Assembly: GCA_965649825.1 (NCBI GenBank)
Contig: OZ287698.1
Location: 1,379,949-1,443,948 of the forward strand
Length of the DNA stretch: 64,000 nt
Source of the DNA: Penicillus capitatus
Lineage: Eukaryota; Plantae; Chlorophyta
Direction: 5' to 3'
The number at the start of each line of letters is the position of its first letter. The stretch's first letter is position 1. The translations under genes and the position numbers were made by a program. Positions 10,576-22,223 of this stretch are shown piece by piece. The notes under the pieces were generated by a model that was not told the origin of the DNA, did no database searches, and saw nothing but the letters and a program-made list of their open reading frames with translations.

Positions 10576-12416
10576 TTAACACCACGTTGTGTCTTGCTCA
10601 CATTTCGTCAACACAAAGTTCTGCTGGAGAGCATTGTCATCGTCCGTTATGCTCAAGTGCTGCAACGAAGAGTAGGAACTGTTTCTTAAGGGATAGAGGG
10701 GTATGAATCCCAACCGCGATCGTTGCTCACTGATGAGAGCCTGAAAACAGAAACCTTGTTGAAACATTGCTTTTGAAGCGGAAGGCTAACTGTAACACCT
10801 TGAGATAGGCAGATTGGATCGGTGTACGACAGGGACGACAGAGCGCACACTTTGGAGAGGCCTGGCAGTCTTGGTTACATTCTTGGCAGATACTGTACCC
10901 AATGTCGATGTCATTGGCATGAAACAGTATCTCGAGATCTTGATCGCTGCTCGAGGGATGATGCATACCGCCTGGTGTCAGTCCCACCTGATATCACACT
11001 CTTAGGAGCGTCTTTTGAAGAAGGCTCTACGAGCGACAGCAGGCTGTATGCGATTCTCTGAAACATTGTGGCCAGATCAGGAAAATGATGTGACGACAGA
11101 TTCGGGCTCTGGTTGATCTGCAATGAAAGGGGAGGTGCCTGAGAGGAGTATGTGTGAGAGGGAAGGTCACACTTCTGTGATCCAGGGCTTTAGGTTTCTG
11201 TCCAGAATAAAATCGATGCGATAGAGCGAGTAGAAACTGCTTTGGCCATGAGGAAATCGCAAAGCTGAGCGTTCTAATTTCTCAACGTAGCTTCCTACCA
11301 GCTCCAAAGCATTCGCATGCATTTGATGAAACACATCGTCAAAAACCACCCCTACAACATCGATCCTCCGTTTTCTCACTCTTTTTAAGCGCATTACCTT
11401 GTATGTGAAAGAAGGCTCTCAGCACATTGAGCGTGCTCATGCCCCACGTGTAGTATGGTCGGAAAGAAGGCATTCCCCATGGCGGCAAGTAATCATCATC
11501 CACGACATAAGCATCGCGGGGTGCCTTCTCCAAATCCTCCACAAATGCCTCGCGACAGGCACGGATCAGCACGTTATCGAAGTAATAGAGTCTCAAGGGG
11601 CTGACTGAAGTGATGGCAATGTAGAGACCCACATCCCACAAACGACTGAAGTGGCATGGGAAGTGAGAAGTCGAGAGAATGGATGACGCACTCGTCAATG
11701 AGGTAAGGTCGGATGAACTGCTGAACTACGCTCTCTTTTGCATCCTCCTGTGCCAACGATGCATCTTTGGGATGCACGATGCGAACGCCTCTGTGACTGC
11801 GTCCCTTCCTGACCCACGTGAACTCGGGATGCAGTCTCTGATACTCCGTGAATTCCGAATGCTGTTTCGGAAGCAAAAAGCTCTTGGGTACAAACGTCAG
11901 ATTTGCGGTGTACTTCGCCAGATCCACTTTGCTAGTGAAGTGACTGGCCCCCGGTATGTGATTCACCTACAGGGATTGCCAACTTCAACCTGTTTCCAAT
12001 TCTCAAAGAGTGGCAGTGATGGCGACGACCTTTTGATGTGACTTGAGGTGCTGCATCATCTCTGGCAGGTCAACACTCTTTTCCCTCTGCCAAAACGGAT
12101 TGTGAAACGTCCACATGGTATGCCATTCCTCTGAGTAATTCGCATTCGTCACCAGGGCATAACCTGCTCGAGCAAAGGCGTCTTGCACATGTTCAAGCCT
12201 TTCCATAGCCTAAACATCTCTTCCGAGAGGGCCATCAGATCGCAGTAGAGGCACCTCCGTGTTTGGAATGTAGTATTTTGGTTCTGCCGGTCTCGCATGG
12301 GGCGGCGGCGTTAGGGTCTGGAGCTTCGTCGACGACCAGACCGCATAACCGATAGCCGTGACGGCGATAAGGAGAGATATCACATTGGAACTCGTGATGA
12401 CGGGAGTCGGCATCAT
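10576..12416 (-). CDS. Tubulin-tyrosine-ligase family ATP-grasp protein, TTLL15-type, with N-terminal signal anchor
   Basis: Motifs NHIPGASHFTSKVDL, VVQQFIRPYLID, WDVGLYIAITSVSPLRLY, YRIDFILDRNLKPWITE|INQSPNL, and a Cys-rich C-terminus (...TKCEQDTTWC). Hydrophobic segment VISLLIAVTAIGYAVW near the N-terminus. Confidence 0.85.
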
Positions 12417-12473
12417 ACAATCAGCATTACACAGAAACCCAAACGAAACAACCCCGACGACGGGCAACGTCTT

Positions 12474-13454
12474 CTACAGCGTAACGCGGGACGCCTTGGC
12501 TTTCAATAATATACGTTCGATCTCGTCGACCGTCTGTTGGCTGCGCTGGCGAACGAGACGCTGATTCATATGCTCTGCTCCACGTGGCAGATGATGCGTA
12601 AAGTATGGATGGTTCTTGATGTCTTCAATAGAGGGACGTTGTTCTGGCTCCCTCACCAAGATTCTCTGAATCAGATCGGCACAGTCGTTTGGCACCCAGG
12701 GCGGAATTGTGTATTCCAGATATACAGTGCGACGGAACAGCTCAGCATCGGTGATCTTCTCGTCGGATGCGTAGAAGGGGTAACGGTTAGCCGCCAGAGT
12801 ATAGAGAAATACACCAATGCACCAGATATCTGCTTGGACCCCATCATAGGTCTGGCCATCATTCAGCAGCACGACTTCGGGTGGCATCGTCTGTCGCGTC
12901 CCCACGATGGAATCCGGTCTTGAATCGGCGATGTGATGCTTCGAATAGCCGAAATCGCAAATCTTGATCATAGGCCATTGACTGTTCGAACTCGTGACCA
13001 GCGTGTTCTGCAGTTTGATGTCACGATTGACGACTTCCACACGGTGGCAGTACTCAACTCCCAGCACAAGCTGCTGAAAGAGAAATCGTACGACATCATC
13101 CTCCAGCCGGCCATGACAGTGCACGTAATCTTTTAGGTTTCCCCCTTCGGCGAATTCCATGACGATGCCCAAGTACAACGGTGTCAGAATCAGCTTGTGA
13201 AACCGAATGACATGAAAATGATAGAGCGATCGATGATTGAGCACTTCGCGTTTGACGCGTTCGACATCGAGGTCCCTTCCGCGAGGCAGGAATTTAATCG
13301 CCACGGATTCGTCTGTTTGGCGGTCGACCGCATGGACGACACAACCGAAGCTCCCACGCCCCACAAAGCATTTAAATTGGTACTCAGCGTTTCCTTTCAG
13401 CGGATTGGGTGCGTAAACTGGGTCTCCGGAGGAATCAGCAACAGGGAACGGCAT
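12474..13454 (-). CDS. SnRK2-like Ser/Thr kinase (green-algal NRD type), intronless
   Basis: 326 aa ORF with GRGSFG, VAIKF, REVLNHRSL, VNRDIKLQN, KICDFGYSK and ADIWCIG. Confidence 0.93.
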   Translation of the reverse strand: MPFPVADSSGDPVYAPNPLKGNAEYQFKCFVGRGSFGCVVHAVDRQTDESVAIKFLPRGRDLDVERVKREVLNHRSLYHFHVIRFHKLILTPLYLGIVMEFAEGGNLKDYVHCHGRLEDDVVRFLFQQLVLGVEYCHRVEVVNRDIKLQNTLVTSSNSQWPMIKICDFGYSKHHIADSRPDSIVGTRQTMPPEVVLLNDGQTYDGVQADIWCIGVFLYTLAANRYPFYASDEKITDAELFRRTVYLEYTIPPWVPNDCADLIQRILVREPEQRPSIEDIKNHPYFTHHLPRGAEHMNQRLVRQRSQQTVDEIERILLKAKASRVTL

Positions 13455-13594
13455 CGAGTGAAGCTGTCTAACAGCGGTATGCGCTGGAATCCACCGCTTA
13501 TAAACATGAGTCCGTTAAACGATCATGCGGCATCTGGAAGCGAGTGTGTACGTGCGTATCATTCGTGCGGGAGGTGCCGTCGTTGACCTGGGCA

Positions 13595-15223
13595 ATGTCG
13601 ATGTCGACAGTCTCTGCGAAAACATGGGTCCTCACGCGACGATGCACAACGCCATGCTCCCGGCCTTCGGTGACGAGAACGCGAACAGCGACGACCGTCT
13701 TCGCCGTGAGTCGCGGATCACGCCTTAAGGTCAAGGTGACAAGGTGTGGTCCGCAGAGCACCGTGCCAAAGACGCCGTTCAGTGAAAGAAAATGTGGTGT
13801 CCCCGTCCGACGTTGCACTTCGCTCGTCGCTGTGCGTGCCTTGACCAAAGAATTAGATCCTCTCGAAAGGTGAACCGTTGTCTGGGTCTAGCGCATACGA
13901 CGTGTGTTCGTGCAGCGCCGTGGCGAAGGTGGTGGGCGAAGACAATGCGCCAAGCGTCGTGACATTCGGTTTCATCGCCCTCTGGTGCGTCGACTTTGCA
14001 GAATGCTACAGGATGGTATTGCTTTGTTAGGTATGCCGTCAATGTGGCCTTCAATCTGACCAATAAATCGATTTACAAATTCTTTCCCTTTCCATGGACG
14101 GTCTCGACAGTTCATGTGGCGGTCGGGGCTCTCTACTGCGGCATTGCTTATGTACTGGGTGCCAAGAAGGCATCATTCGGCAGAGTAAGTGCACGCAGGA
14201 GGAGAATGTGTGAGACAAATGTGTGACATCTAGCCCATTAACAAAGAAGAGTTTACAAAGATCTCGGGATCGGCAGTGATGCATGCTCTGGGACACATTG
14301 CGGCAAATGTCTCCTTCGCAGCGGTGGCCATTTCGCTCAGTCACACCGTCAAGACATTGGAGCCAGCATTCAACTGCACGCTTTCTTGGCTCATCACTGG
14401 ACAGGCGACGCCATTGCCTGTCATCCTAACACTCGTCCCCATCATCGTAGGCGCCTCTGATTGCAAGAGAGATCGCGATGGGAGAGTGCGATGTGTAGGG
14501 TGGCGTAGCTATGGCTTCGGCGGCGGAGTTGTCGTTCAATTGGCTCGGTTTCTTGAGCGCCATGGCTTCGAATTTGACCTTTGGCTTCCGAGCTGTCTTG
14601 GGAAAGAGGTCGATTTGCCGTTGCCAGACACACTGAAAGAAAAAACGTGTTTGCGTGGTGTAGAGCCATTTCGACCATTCAGAACTTGGACGGGACAGCT
14701 GTGTATGCTTACACCACACTCATTTCCGTTTTCATTTGTCTGCCCTTGGGGCTCATCGTGGAAGGACCTGTTCTGATGGAGGGCATCAAAGGTGCCATCG
14801 CGAATGTCGGGGCTAAGCATTTCTACACGAGTCTCTTCGCCGTCGGTCTTTTCTATCATCTCTACAATCAAGTACAGCCATTCTCTTATCATTGTGTGAG
14901 AACAGAAGGTCTCACTCTTTTTCCTGTAGTTTGCATTCAATACACTGGAACGTGTGAATGCTGTGTCACATGGCGTGTGTAATGTCGTGAAACGCATCGT
15001 CATCATCGCAACCTCAGTGTTGTTCTTTAGCAATGTGCTGACGACGCAGACCAAGATCGGCACAGGCATTGCCCTGTTCGGAACGTACCTCTACGTCGAG
15101 ATGAGCAAGAAATACAAAACCAAGCCAAAGACACAAGAATCGGTGCCAAAGCCGCCGACAGAACTGCCGCCTGGGACATCGTCCGGCGGCAGCTCCGAAA
15201 CTGTCACTCCTGCCGCAGCCTGA
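13595..15223 (+). CDS. TPT: Plastid triose-phosphate/phosphate translocator
   Basis: Ser/Thr/Arg-rich transit peptide, then [27 protein letters not shown]|[18 protein letters not shown]|FAFNTL and HGVCNVVKR. Five introns of 46-58 nt. Confidence 0.95.
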
Positions 15224-15367
15224 GGATTTTTTGCCAACTTTACGCACAACGTTTTTGGGGGACAATCGACATCTCCATGAAAATTTATTGATTGATTTTT
15301 ACGAACAGCACATTGCGGTTGAGAAAGATGATGATGCAGAGGAAGATAAAAAACGAGGCATTCGGAT

Positions 15368-16126
15368 TTAAGCTATCTGTCTGTCGATTAAAATCTGTTC
15401 GATTTCGTTCTCGTTCGCGAATTGTACAAAGGGCAGATGAAAACGACCGTCTTCAACAAGACTCCATATCATTGCCAGAATTATCCAGAGACACATAGTG
15501 ACACCCCAGTAGAAATTGAACCACTCAAAATAGCCAAAACCGATGAGATAACCGATCAGGACACCACTCAGATGACCGAAGAAACTGACCCGTGGTACCA
15601 TGACCGACATCAGGACAACAGAGACGAGGGGAGCCCAATGCATCGGTATCGAAGAGGTGCCCATCAGACTGAACCGCGCTGGTCCATGCCGACAGACAGA
15701 GAGATTGGCCATCCATCCAAAGATGACGCTTGAGTAGCCAACGGATTGGACGGAACGGTAATACTCTTTCTTCAGCACACGGACCATGAAGAGATAGAAT
15801 CCCATGAGCAAGAGTTTGGAGAAGATCATGAGCAGAATGGTGACTCGCATGTAGTATAGCCTTCCCATTCTGGCTCGTCTCTCCACGAATCCGAGTGACC
15901 ACAGGGAACTCATGTTCATCAGAAGGTGGACGAAATCGATGTGTGATAGCTGACTCGTTAAGAGGCGCCAATACTGCCGTTCTTCAACGACTCTTTGAAA
16001 ACTGGTTCCCACATGGGCGTAGCCCCAACCTCGTTGGTTGAGGAAAAACCAGACACAGCAGCAGAGAGCCACGAGGCATGCAGTCAATGGTCTGTCTTGA
16101 ATCTCTAAATTCAGCGGTCTCGCCAT
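15368..16126 (-). CDS. Rhomboid-like intramembrane protease (RBL13-like), intronless
   Basis: 252 aa multi-TM ORF with QYWRLLTSQLSH, HLLMNM, SVGYSSVIFGW and SFFGHLSG. Confidence 0.9.
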   Translation of the reverse strand: MARPLNLEIQDRPLTACLVALCCCVWFFLNQRGWGYAHVGTSFQRVVEERQYWRLLTSQLSHIDFVHLLMNMSSLWSLGFVERRARMGRLYYMRVTILLMIFSKLLLMGFYLFMVRVLKKEYYRSVQSVGYSSVIFGWMANLSVCRHGPARFSLMGTSSIPMHWAPLVSVVLMSVMVPRVSFFGHLSGVLIGYLIGFGYFEWFNFYWGVTMCLWIILAMIWSLVEDGRFHLPFVQFANENEIEQILIDRQIA

Positions 16127-16561
16127 TCTTATCAGAGATGGTCGAGATGAGTCACCGATATACTTAAGAGCGGGGATCCGCGTGTACGTTTGTGCGCCTT
16201 CGTAGATAAACCGCTCGTCGCCATGGAGCTAAAAAAGATGTCGTTGGAAACCGCGTTCACAAAGCACAGAAGAGACGTGAGCCAATCACTGCAGCAAAAG
16301 GGAAACGAGACAGTAAGACGCGCTTTCTGACCACAGACCTGCATCCGTCGGTTGTCCATGTAGCCTCCAACAAGACTGACGCCAACAAAGGCATGGACAT
16401 CGACGACACTCACCTTGGGCTCACCTGCCTTGATGTCATGCGTCGAGTCAACGACCAAAGCACAGCTTTTCTGCCTTGAACCACATACACAGGTCCTCAG
16501 CAGTATCTGTAACGGAGAAGGAATCGAGGCAGTGGTTGTTGTGTCGGTGCAGAAATCTCGT

Positions 16562-18868
16562 ATGACGTACGGCACAAGTTTCGATAGTCAAGATTCCTCA
16601 GGCACATGTCGGAGTTTCAGAATTGCCGCAGATCATAGCTGTGCACCATCTATATCATATCTTGATTCTCGTGACCAAGAACGTAAAGACAAGCTTGCCA
16701 TTGCTGGCGTCCTGGAGCAATGCACGCAGATGTTGCAGAATTCTCTGTTGCCTGCGGAGCAACGCACGTCCAGCGAAACGTCGACCTTTGGAGCAGCAGC
16801 GGCAGCCGCTTTCAATGTCCAGAAAAACGAGATGATAGCGTCTTTGACGGCATCTTTAGTGTCGCGGGTCTCTGCCGAGTTTCAAGCAAAGAGCGGCCGC
16901 ATGATCGACATGGCCATCCGCACATGTCAGCAGACGATTGGGGAACGGGAGCGTCAGTTGGCGTCGGTCAGAGAAGAAGTGTCGCGGAGAATGCGTGATC
17001 CGATGGTGGCGCATTTAACGGAAGAGAAAACGAAGATGCAGGAAGCGATCAAGGCATGGTCGCGCAGCTCGTTTCAGAGGAAACTCGAGATGCACGAAGT
17101 CCGCATGGAAGTGGATACCCTGCGTCGCGTCCGACGCGATGCCTGCACTTCTGTGCACCGCCTGCGCGACTGCCAATCCAAATACGACAAGATCTGTGCC
17201 GAGAATTGCGCATTGAATCGAATTATGCAGCGTCTTCAAGGCGCCGTCCGCGTCGTCTGTCACGTCCCCGTACGGCAAAACGGAAGCTATCTGGAAACGA
17301 CGAATCGCGGGGAGGTGACATTCACTGGAGAAAAGAAGAACCGAAGCTATACACTCGACGACGTCCTCTCAGGCTATGCGAACCATCAAAAAATGCAGCG
17401 ATTGCTGCGACCGATCGCGACAACTGTTCTCGACGGTAAGCCGCCACCCAGCGAAACTGGCTTCATCGCTGAGGCCACACCTACGGATCAGGTATGGATG
17501 CAACACTGATTGGCACGGAGTCCCTTCGTGGTAAGGAGGGCGGCTGTTTTCGGCATGTGATGGCGCACGCCTTAGATGTAGTTTTGCATACCGTAGAAGA
17601 TCGATACTATCATGTGAGGTAGTTCAGTTGGCATCTCGTTGACTTGATCCACTTGTGTCGTGTGCACAGGCTTCCTACGACCTGGAATATGCACTTTCAT
17701 TCATCTCTGCTTATGACGGGCATAGCGCTGTGTGCCAAACACGTCTGCCTGCCAAGCTGCTTACTTCTGAGAAGATGACGACCGATCGACTGACCAATAT
17801 CAAGCAATGGATAACGGAGCTACTATCCAGACGTGACAATCTGCAGAATTTCGAACAAGCTCATGTCGTTATAAGAATAAACATCCAGTCGAAGGGGAAA
17901 CAGGCGAAGACAGAATTGACGAAGTCGTCCACGTTGAGTTTTATTCAGATCCATCCAGCATCAGCAGGTTTGGTGATCACTGCCTCTGCCTGGTCGTGGA
18001 GAACGGATGGTGGTGGTGGTGCAGGGAAGTGGATGGATGACAAGCAAACGCAGTCCCTTGCGGCGACTCTGATTCAACTCTCTGCCAACAGAACACCGTC
18101 GCAGTTGAGAGACAGGGCTGCTTCGCCACTTCTGAAAGCGACTCTTCATGGGAACGATAATAATATGCAGTTTTACACACTGTTCCTAGAACTCAGCAAC
18201 GCGCCAGACGACAGAAAGAGAGACAAAGCTGCGCTACTTCTCTGTTCCAAAATCATGGCTTCACGAGTACTATCGGTAAGACCACCTGAAAATGGCGGCT
18301 GGAGCATGCGAGGGCATGTTAAGTACAGATGGATGAATCATCCGTAGCCAGAGAGAAGACGGCGCGTGCTTTGAAACGGGAGATCACAGCGAAAGATCAA
18401 GAGATCTCAGAACTCGAGAACGAACGCGTTCAGTTGTTGAATCAAAGAGTTGATGTCGTCGGCGACGTCGAAAGTCTTCGCTCAGAGATTAAAGCACTGC
18501 AGGTGATCGATCGTGTTTGCCTAGGCATTGAAGTGCATCCATTGTGTGCGTCTAGGAATTGAAGAACAGAAAACGACTGTCCTTGCAAAGAAATTATCAT
18601 TCAGAGAAGCCTCTCAGGAAGACCATTTATCAGAGGCAAACAAGATCGACTGTTCAACAAAGAAAAGAATCGCAGGTTTGTTCCATCTCTGCAGTACTTC
18701 GATGAGCGATGCCTGCTGATCTCTCAGAAGAGCGATCGAGTCGAGCACTCTAAGTCTGGTAAAGGCGACGTGGCTACAGATGTCAGGTATATCGACGTCT
18801 CTCTGCTCCAAACGCGTGAGAGCAGCAGACAACGTTTTTCCAAATCCCGAACGGTGCCCAGCGATTAG
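16562..18868 (+). CDS. Kinesin-14-like protein: coiled coil, degenerate motor-homology domain, coiled coil
   Basis: Neck-like NRIMQRLQGAVRVVCHVPV, then YTLDDVL, PIATTVLDG, AHVVIRINIQ and PLLKATLHG follow the order of kinesin motor elements, but the nucleotide motifs are degenerate. The 3' end is approximate. Confidence 0.7.
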
Positions 18869-19566
18869 TAAATCCCCCGCTTAGCAACGTGAACACGTGC
18901 AGAAGCGCGATCTCTGCCTCCTGCGTTTCAGTGGGGAGGTGGTACTTTATGTGTTCTTTTTCTTCTGTCGTTGCAGATTTTTGGAATTGGTTGGCTAGAT
19001 CCTTCGTTTTGAAGCTGTGACAGATTCTTGCACTGGAGATGTACAATCATCATGCATGTACAGAAAATGGCGATACCGATTTCGTGCTCTGTTTCACAAT
19101 TCCTCTCAATCCAATCCCATATCAACAACTCCTTTGTATTTCCACTCGACTTCATTTTTCGAGTCCCTCTCCTTGACGTTGACCATTGGTATCGTTTGGT
19201 GATGCACAATAAAAATCCCTTTGCCACTCCCGTTTTTTTTCGTCCTTGGGCGTTGCGAAGAAAGTGACAACGACGATTCAATAAATACCGAACAGAATCC
19301 ATATCGTTTTGCATACAGGCTGTTCCATTTCTCTCCCCCAACGATTCTTTAGAATACCGAGCTAGAAAATAGCAAAAGGGATACGGGTGGTATTGGCCAA
19401 GTGCTGGGGATTACTGAAGATGGTTGGCAATCGTCTTGTATATGGGAGGGGCTATGTTGGTGTTGGTGTGATCGTAGTGGTGCTGAATTTTCACTGGCGG
19501 CATTCCTTGGATAGGCGTCGGGATGAGACTTGGACACGACTCTCTGTCCTGAACATGTCGAATGCG

Positions 19567-20752
19567 TTAACTGACATTGTCTAAAAAATCTTCATCTGTC
19601 TCTTCCGCCGCCTCGACATGGGCGGCGTAGATTTCGAGTTCTTTAAGCGAGTGCAATTGCTGTTGTCCACGAAAGACGCAGCGATGTGACGTACGTTGCA
19701 TTCTCCTGCACATCACACCCTGCAATCGTCGCAGGCAGATCTGGGAAACCACCTGCTGTAGGCGACAGCCACGTCAGCAAGGCAAGTGACGGTTGAGATC
19801 AGAGAAAAATGAGCCAAGAATTCCACAGTAGATGCAGCATCTTTGTAAGGAAGCTCTCCGAGAACAAGGCTTTTGCATTTGCTTAGTTGACTGATCTCGA
19901 CAAAGAGACTCTTCAACTGACTCTCTGCAATCTCCATCAAATGCCATCCCTATGACACACATCGCACAGGCCTTTCATCTTTTGTGCGGCTGGCTGAATG
20001 ACCTGGATCGCCCAGACACTCAATCGATCACCCCGAAATCCAGATCTCTCTAATCTATCTGCCAGTTGACTGAAGTCCTGTGTCGAGGGAAGGTGTCACT
20101 CGAGACGAGAGAGACATCGTCGGTCACTTCGACAGCGACGGGTATGTGAAGAGATCCGGCCGAAATGCTTGCATCGATCCGTGTCTGGCTAAGCGTATGC
20201 ATTTTGCGGGGAGCAATGTCGTAGAGGATCGTCCCTCGTGGCCACTCCTGTCGAAATGGACGGCTATCCAGACCAGGAGTGATCAAGACGATCTGTGAAC
20301 CATCCATCCAAGCGACTTCTCAAAGACACATACCGGCAGCACGTGGCATGCCTGATGATAATCTCCGTGTCCAGGAATCGTGATCGACGTTGCTTCGAGT
20401 AGGGCATCATCGACAAAACGCGTGACCACGGCATCTTCCATCCTCTCCTGAGGGGAACGCCCATCCACCTTCTCCAGGAGTGCCGTCTCTTCCTAGGCAT
20501 CGAAATGGACATCTGCCGGAACTGCTCAGGCGAAGATACAAGAGTGAGGCAGGTGTCCACGTATGGATCGTATAGGATGGCATCTTTTCGCAACATTTCT
20601 TCTCTCCTGGACCGCAACAGCTTCTGCGCCGCTTCGGCATGACTCTGTTGGACATACCGTCATCCCCGAGTGCATATACTAAGGGTTACCTGACAGATCA
20701 CGAGGCATCGTAAAGGCGTCGTAAAGGGACGCGCCATCCTTGGATGTGTCAT
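19567..20752 (-). CDS. Leucine-carboxyl-methyltransferase-like SAM-dependent methyltransferase, probably organellar
   Basis: Motifs ILYDPY, VTRFVDDAL, IVLITPGLDSRPFRQEWPRGT, GFRGDRLSVWAIQG and an acidic C-terminus AEETDEDFLDNVS; multi-exon. Confidence 0.8.
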
Positions 20753-20765
20753 TTCCGCCGTTTTC

Positions 20766-21659
20766 ATGAAGAGCGCCAACAGGTGTCGTTCGGCACGGAT
20801 GACGACGGTGTCTTCCGTCGCCTCTCAGACTCCGGTCCAGTCCATCTACGTCAGACATCGCAGCGGGAAGTCCCTTGGTCGACCCCACATCTTTTGTACG
20901 ACCTTTGAGACGAGGCGTTGTCCCGCACGGCTGGTTGCCGTTGGCTGCAGTGCCTCGGATGTGTCTCTGGGTGAGCATCAAATTCCTGATACCGAAGACA
21001 AGGACGTACCGGTTGTCAAGATTGACAACCTCCACGATCCGTTTGCGACGATCGTGACGATGAAATTGGGTGACAGGATTCCACATCCACTCGACACGAT
21101 GGCCACGCTGCGCAACTTGGGACTCAACATCGTCCGAGCCAAGATCGATACATCTGACCCAGATTCTCGAAACCGTTTCTACGTGACCGATCGCGTGACC
21201 AGTGAGAAGATCATCAAATCGGCACGCCTTGAAGAAATCCGCCTAGCCGTTCTGGAGAGCCTCATACATTACTTTCCCGAAACCTCTGATCAACTCAATG
21301 CGGCGCATCGTGTGAAGCTCAAAGACACAAGAGATCCAACTGTGCCCCTTGGTCCGCGCCGCCGCATCGTGGTGGACACACAGATCACGATCCGCGAGAG
21401 CGCCTCCGGAAGTTATACGGAACTCTTGATCAACACCGACGATCGCAGCGGGCTGCTGATCGACGTGGTGTCGACACTGAAGAGCCTGAATGTGAATGTC
21501 GTCTCCGCCGAAGTGGATACCATCGGAACGAAAGCCCATCAAGAATTCATGGTGACATACCACGGCGGGCCACTGAACAACAACATGGAACAGATGGTAC
21601 GCAGCTGTCTGCAATACTATCTGTCTTTGGCAGAAGTGGAGAACGAGGAATCGTATTAG
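20766..21659 (+). CDS. Plastid ACT-domain repeat protein (ACR11/ACR12-like), intronless
   Basis: Transit peptide, PVVKIDNLHDPFATIV, LRNLGLNIVRAKI, second ACT domain DRSGLLIDVV, C-terminal ENEESY. Confidence 0.9.
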   Translation: MKSANRCRSARMTTVSSVASQTPVQSIYVRHRSGKSLGRPHIFCTTFETRRCPARLVAVGCSASDVSLGEHQIPDTEDKDVPVVKIDNLHDPFATIVTMKLGDRIPHPLDTMATLRNLGLNIVRAKIDTSDPDSRNRFYVTDRVTSEKIIKSARLEEIRLAVLESLIHYFPETSDQLNAAHRVKLKDTRDPTVPLGPRRRIVVDTQITIRESASGSYTELLINTDDRSGLLIDVVSTLKSLNVNVVSAEVDTIGTKAHQEFMVTYHGGPLNNNMEQMVRSCLQYYLSLAEVENEESY

Positions 21660-22223
21660 ATGTGTGATTGGCGGATGGTTACTTTCTTTATTTCGTTCCA
21701 GCAACGATTGTTTCGTGGAAACCGTGTCTGTCTTGTGTTGAAGTGTGTGAAAAGAGATGGCTAACTGCCATTTTTGTCTCCGTCGTCTTGTGCTGGACAC
21801 ACGCCGTCCATCGATGCGTCAACGCAGACGTCAACGGAATGGCTTTGACTGACAGTATTCCTTTTCCACGCGTTTTGACTTTTCTGACCCTGGTGCGTTA
21901 GCAACGGACGAGCAGTGAGGCGAATTGGAGTGCATCCACTGACAGAATTGCTCGCTTAAGGACACGTACACACTGGGACTTCGGATTCTTCGCTGCTGAC
22001 GGCGAAAACGCCGCGCAGACGGGATCGCACGTGCAACCGTTACTCATACGCTCACTCCGAGACATCCAACGCCCTTTCACCGGCTAAACAGTGCCGCACA
22101 GTACTTTGCACAAACGTTGTGCCGCCGCCTGTCTAGTCGTCGCAAAATTCAGAGCGTCTTCGTGGTCAATGCCCTCCGCCGCGGCTAACGCTTCGCCTGA
22201 GGGAAGAGAAGAGAGTTTGCCTA

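Noticed and set aside
12207-12254. In-frame TAG inside the TTLL15-type gene, suggesting TAR=Gln recoding as in some ulvophytes
   Set aside because: The TAG is the acceptor of a 45-nt phase-0 GT-AG intron (NTE|AMERL). Long conserved ORFs (ACX1, PRORP, PIE1) contain no internal TAA/TAG, so the code is standard.
14440-14500. Apparent GC donor in TPT
   Set aside because: A canonical 52-nt GT-AG intron (PII|GGVAMAS) fits the family consensus better.
18783-19540. Scattered minus-strand ORFs between the kinesin-like gene and the methyltransferase
   Set aside because: No homology and no consistent exon chain could be built.
21060-21110. Deviant ACT ligand loop in ACR (LGDRIPHPLDT versus FGDRLGALLDT)
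   Set aside because: A single local difference, and I cannot judge whether it falls outside normal algal variation without an alignment.
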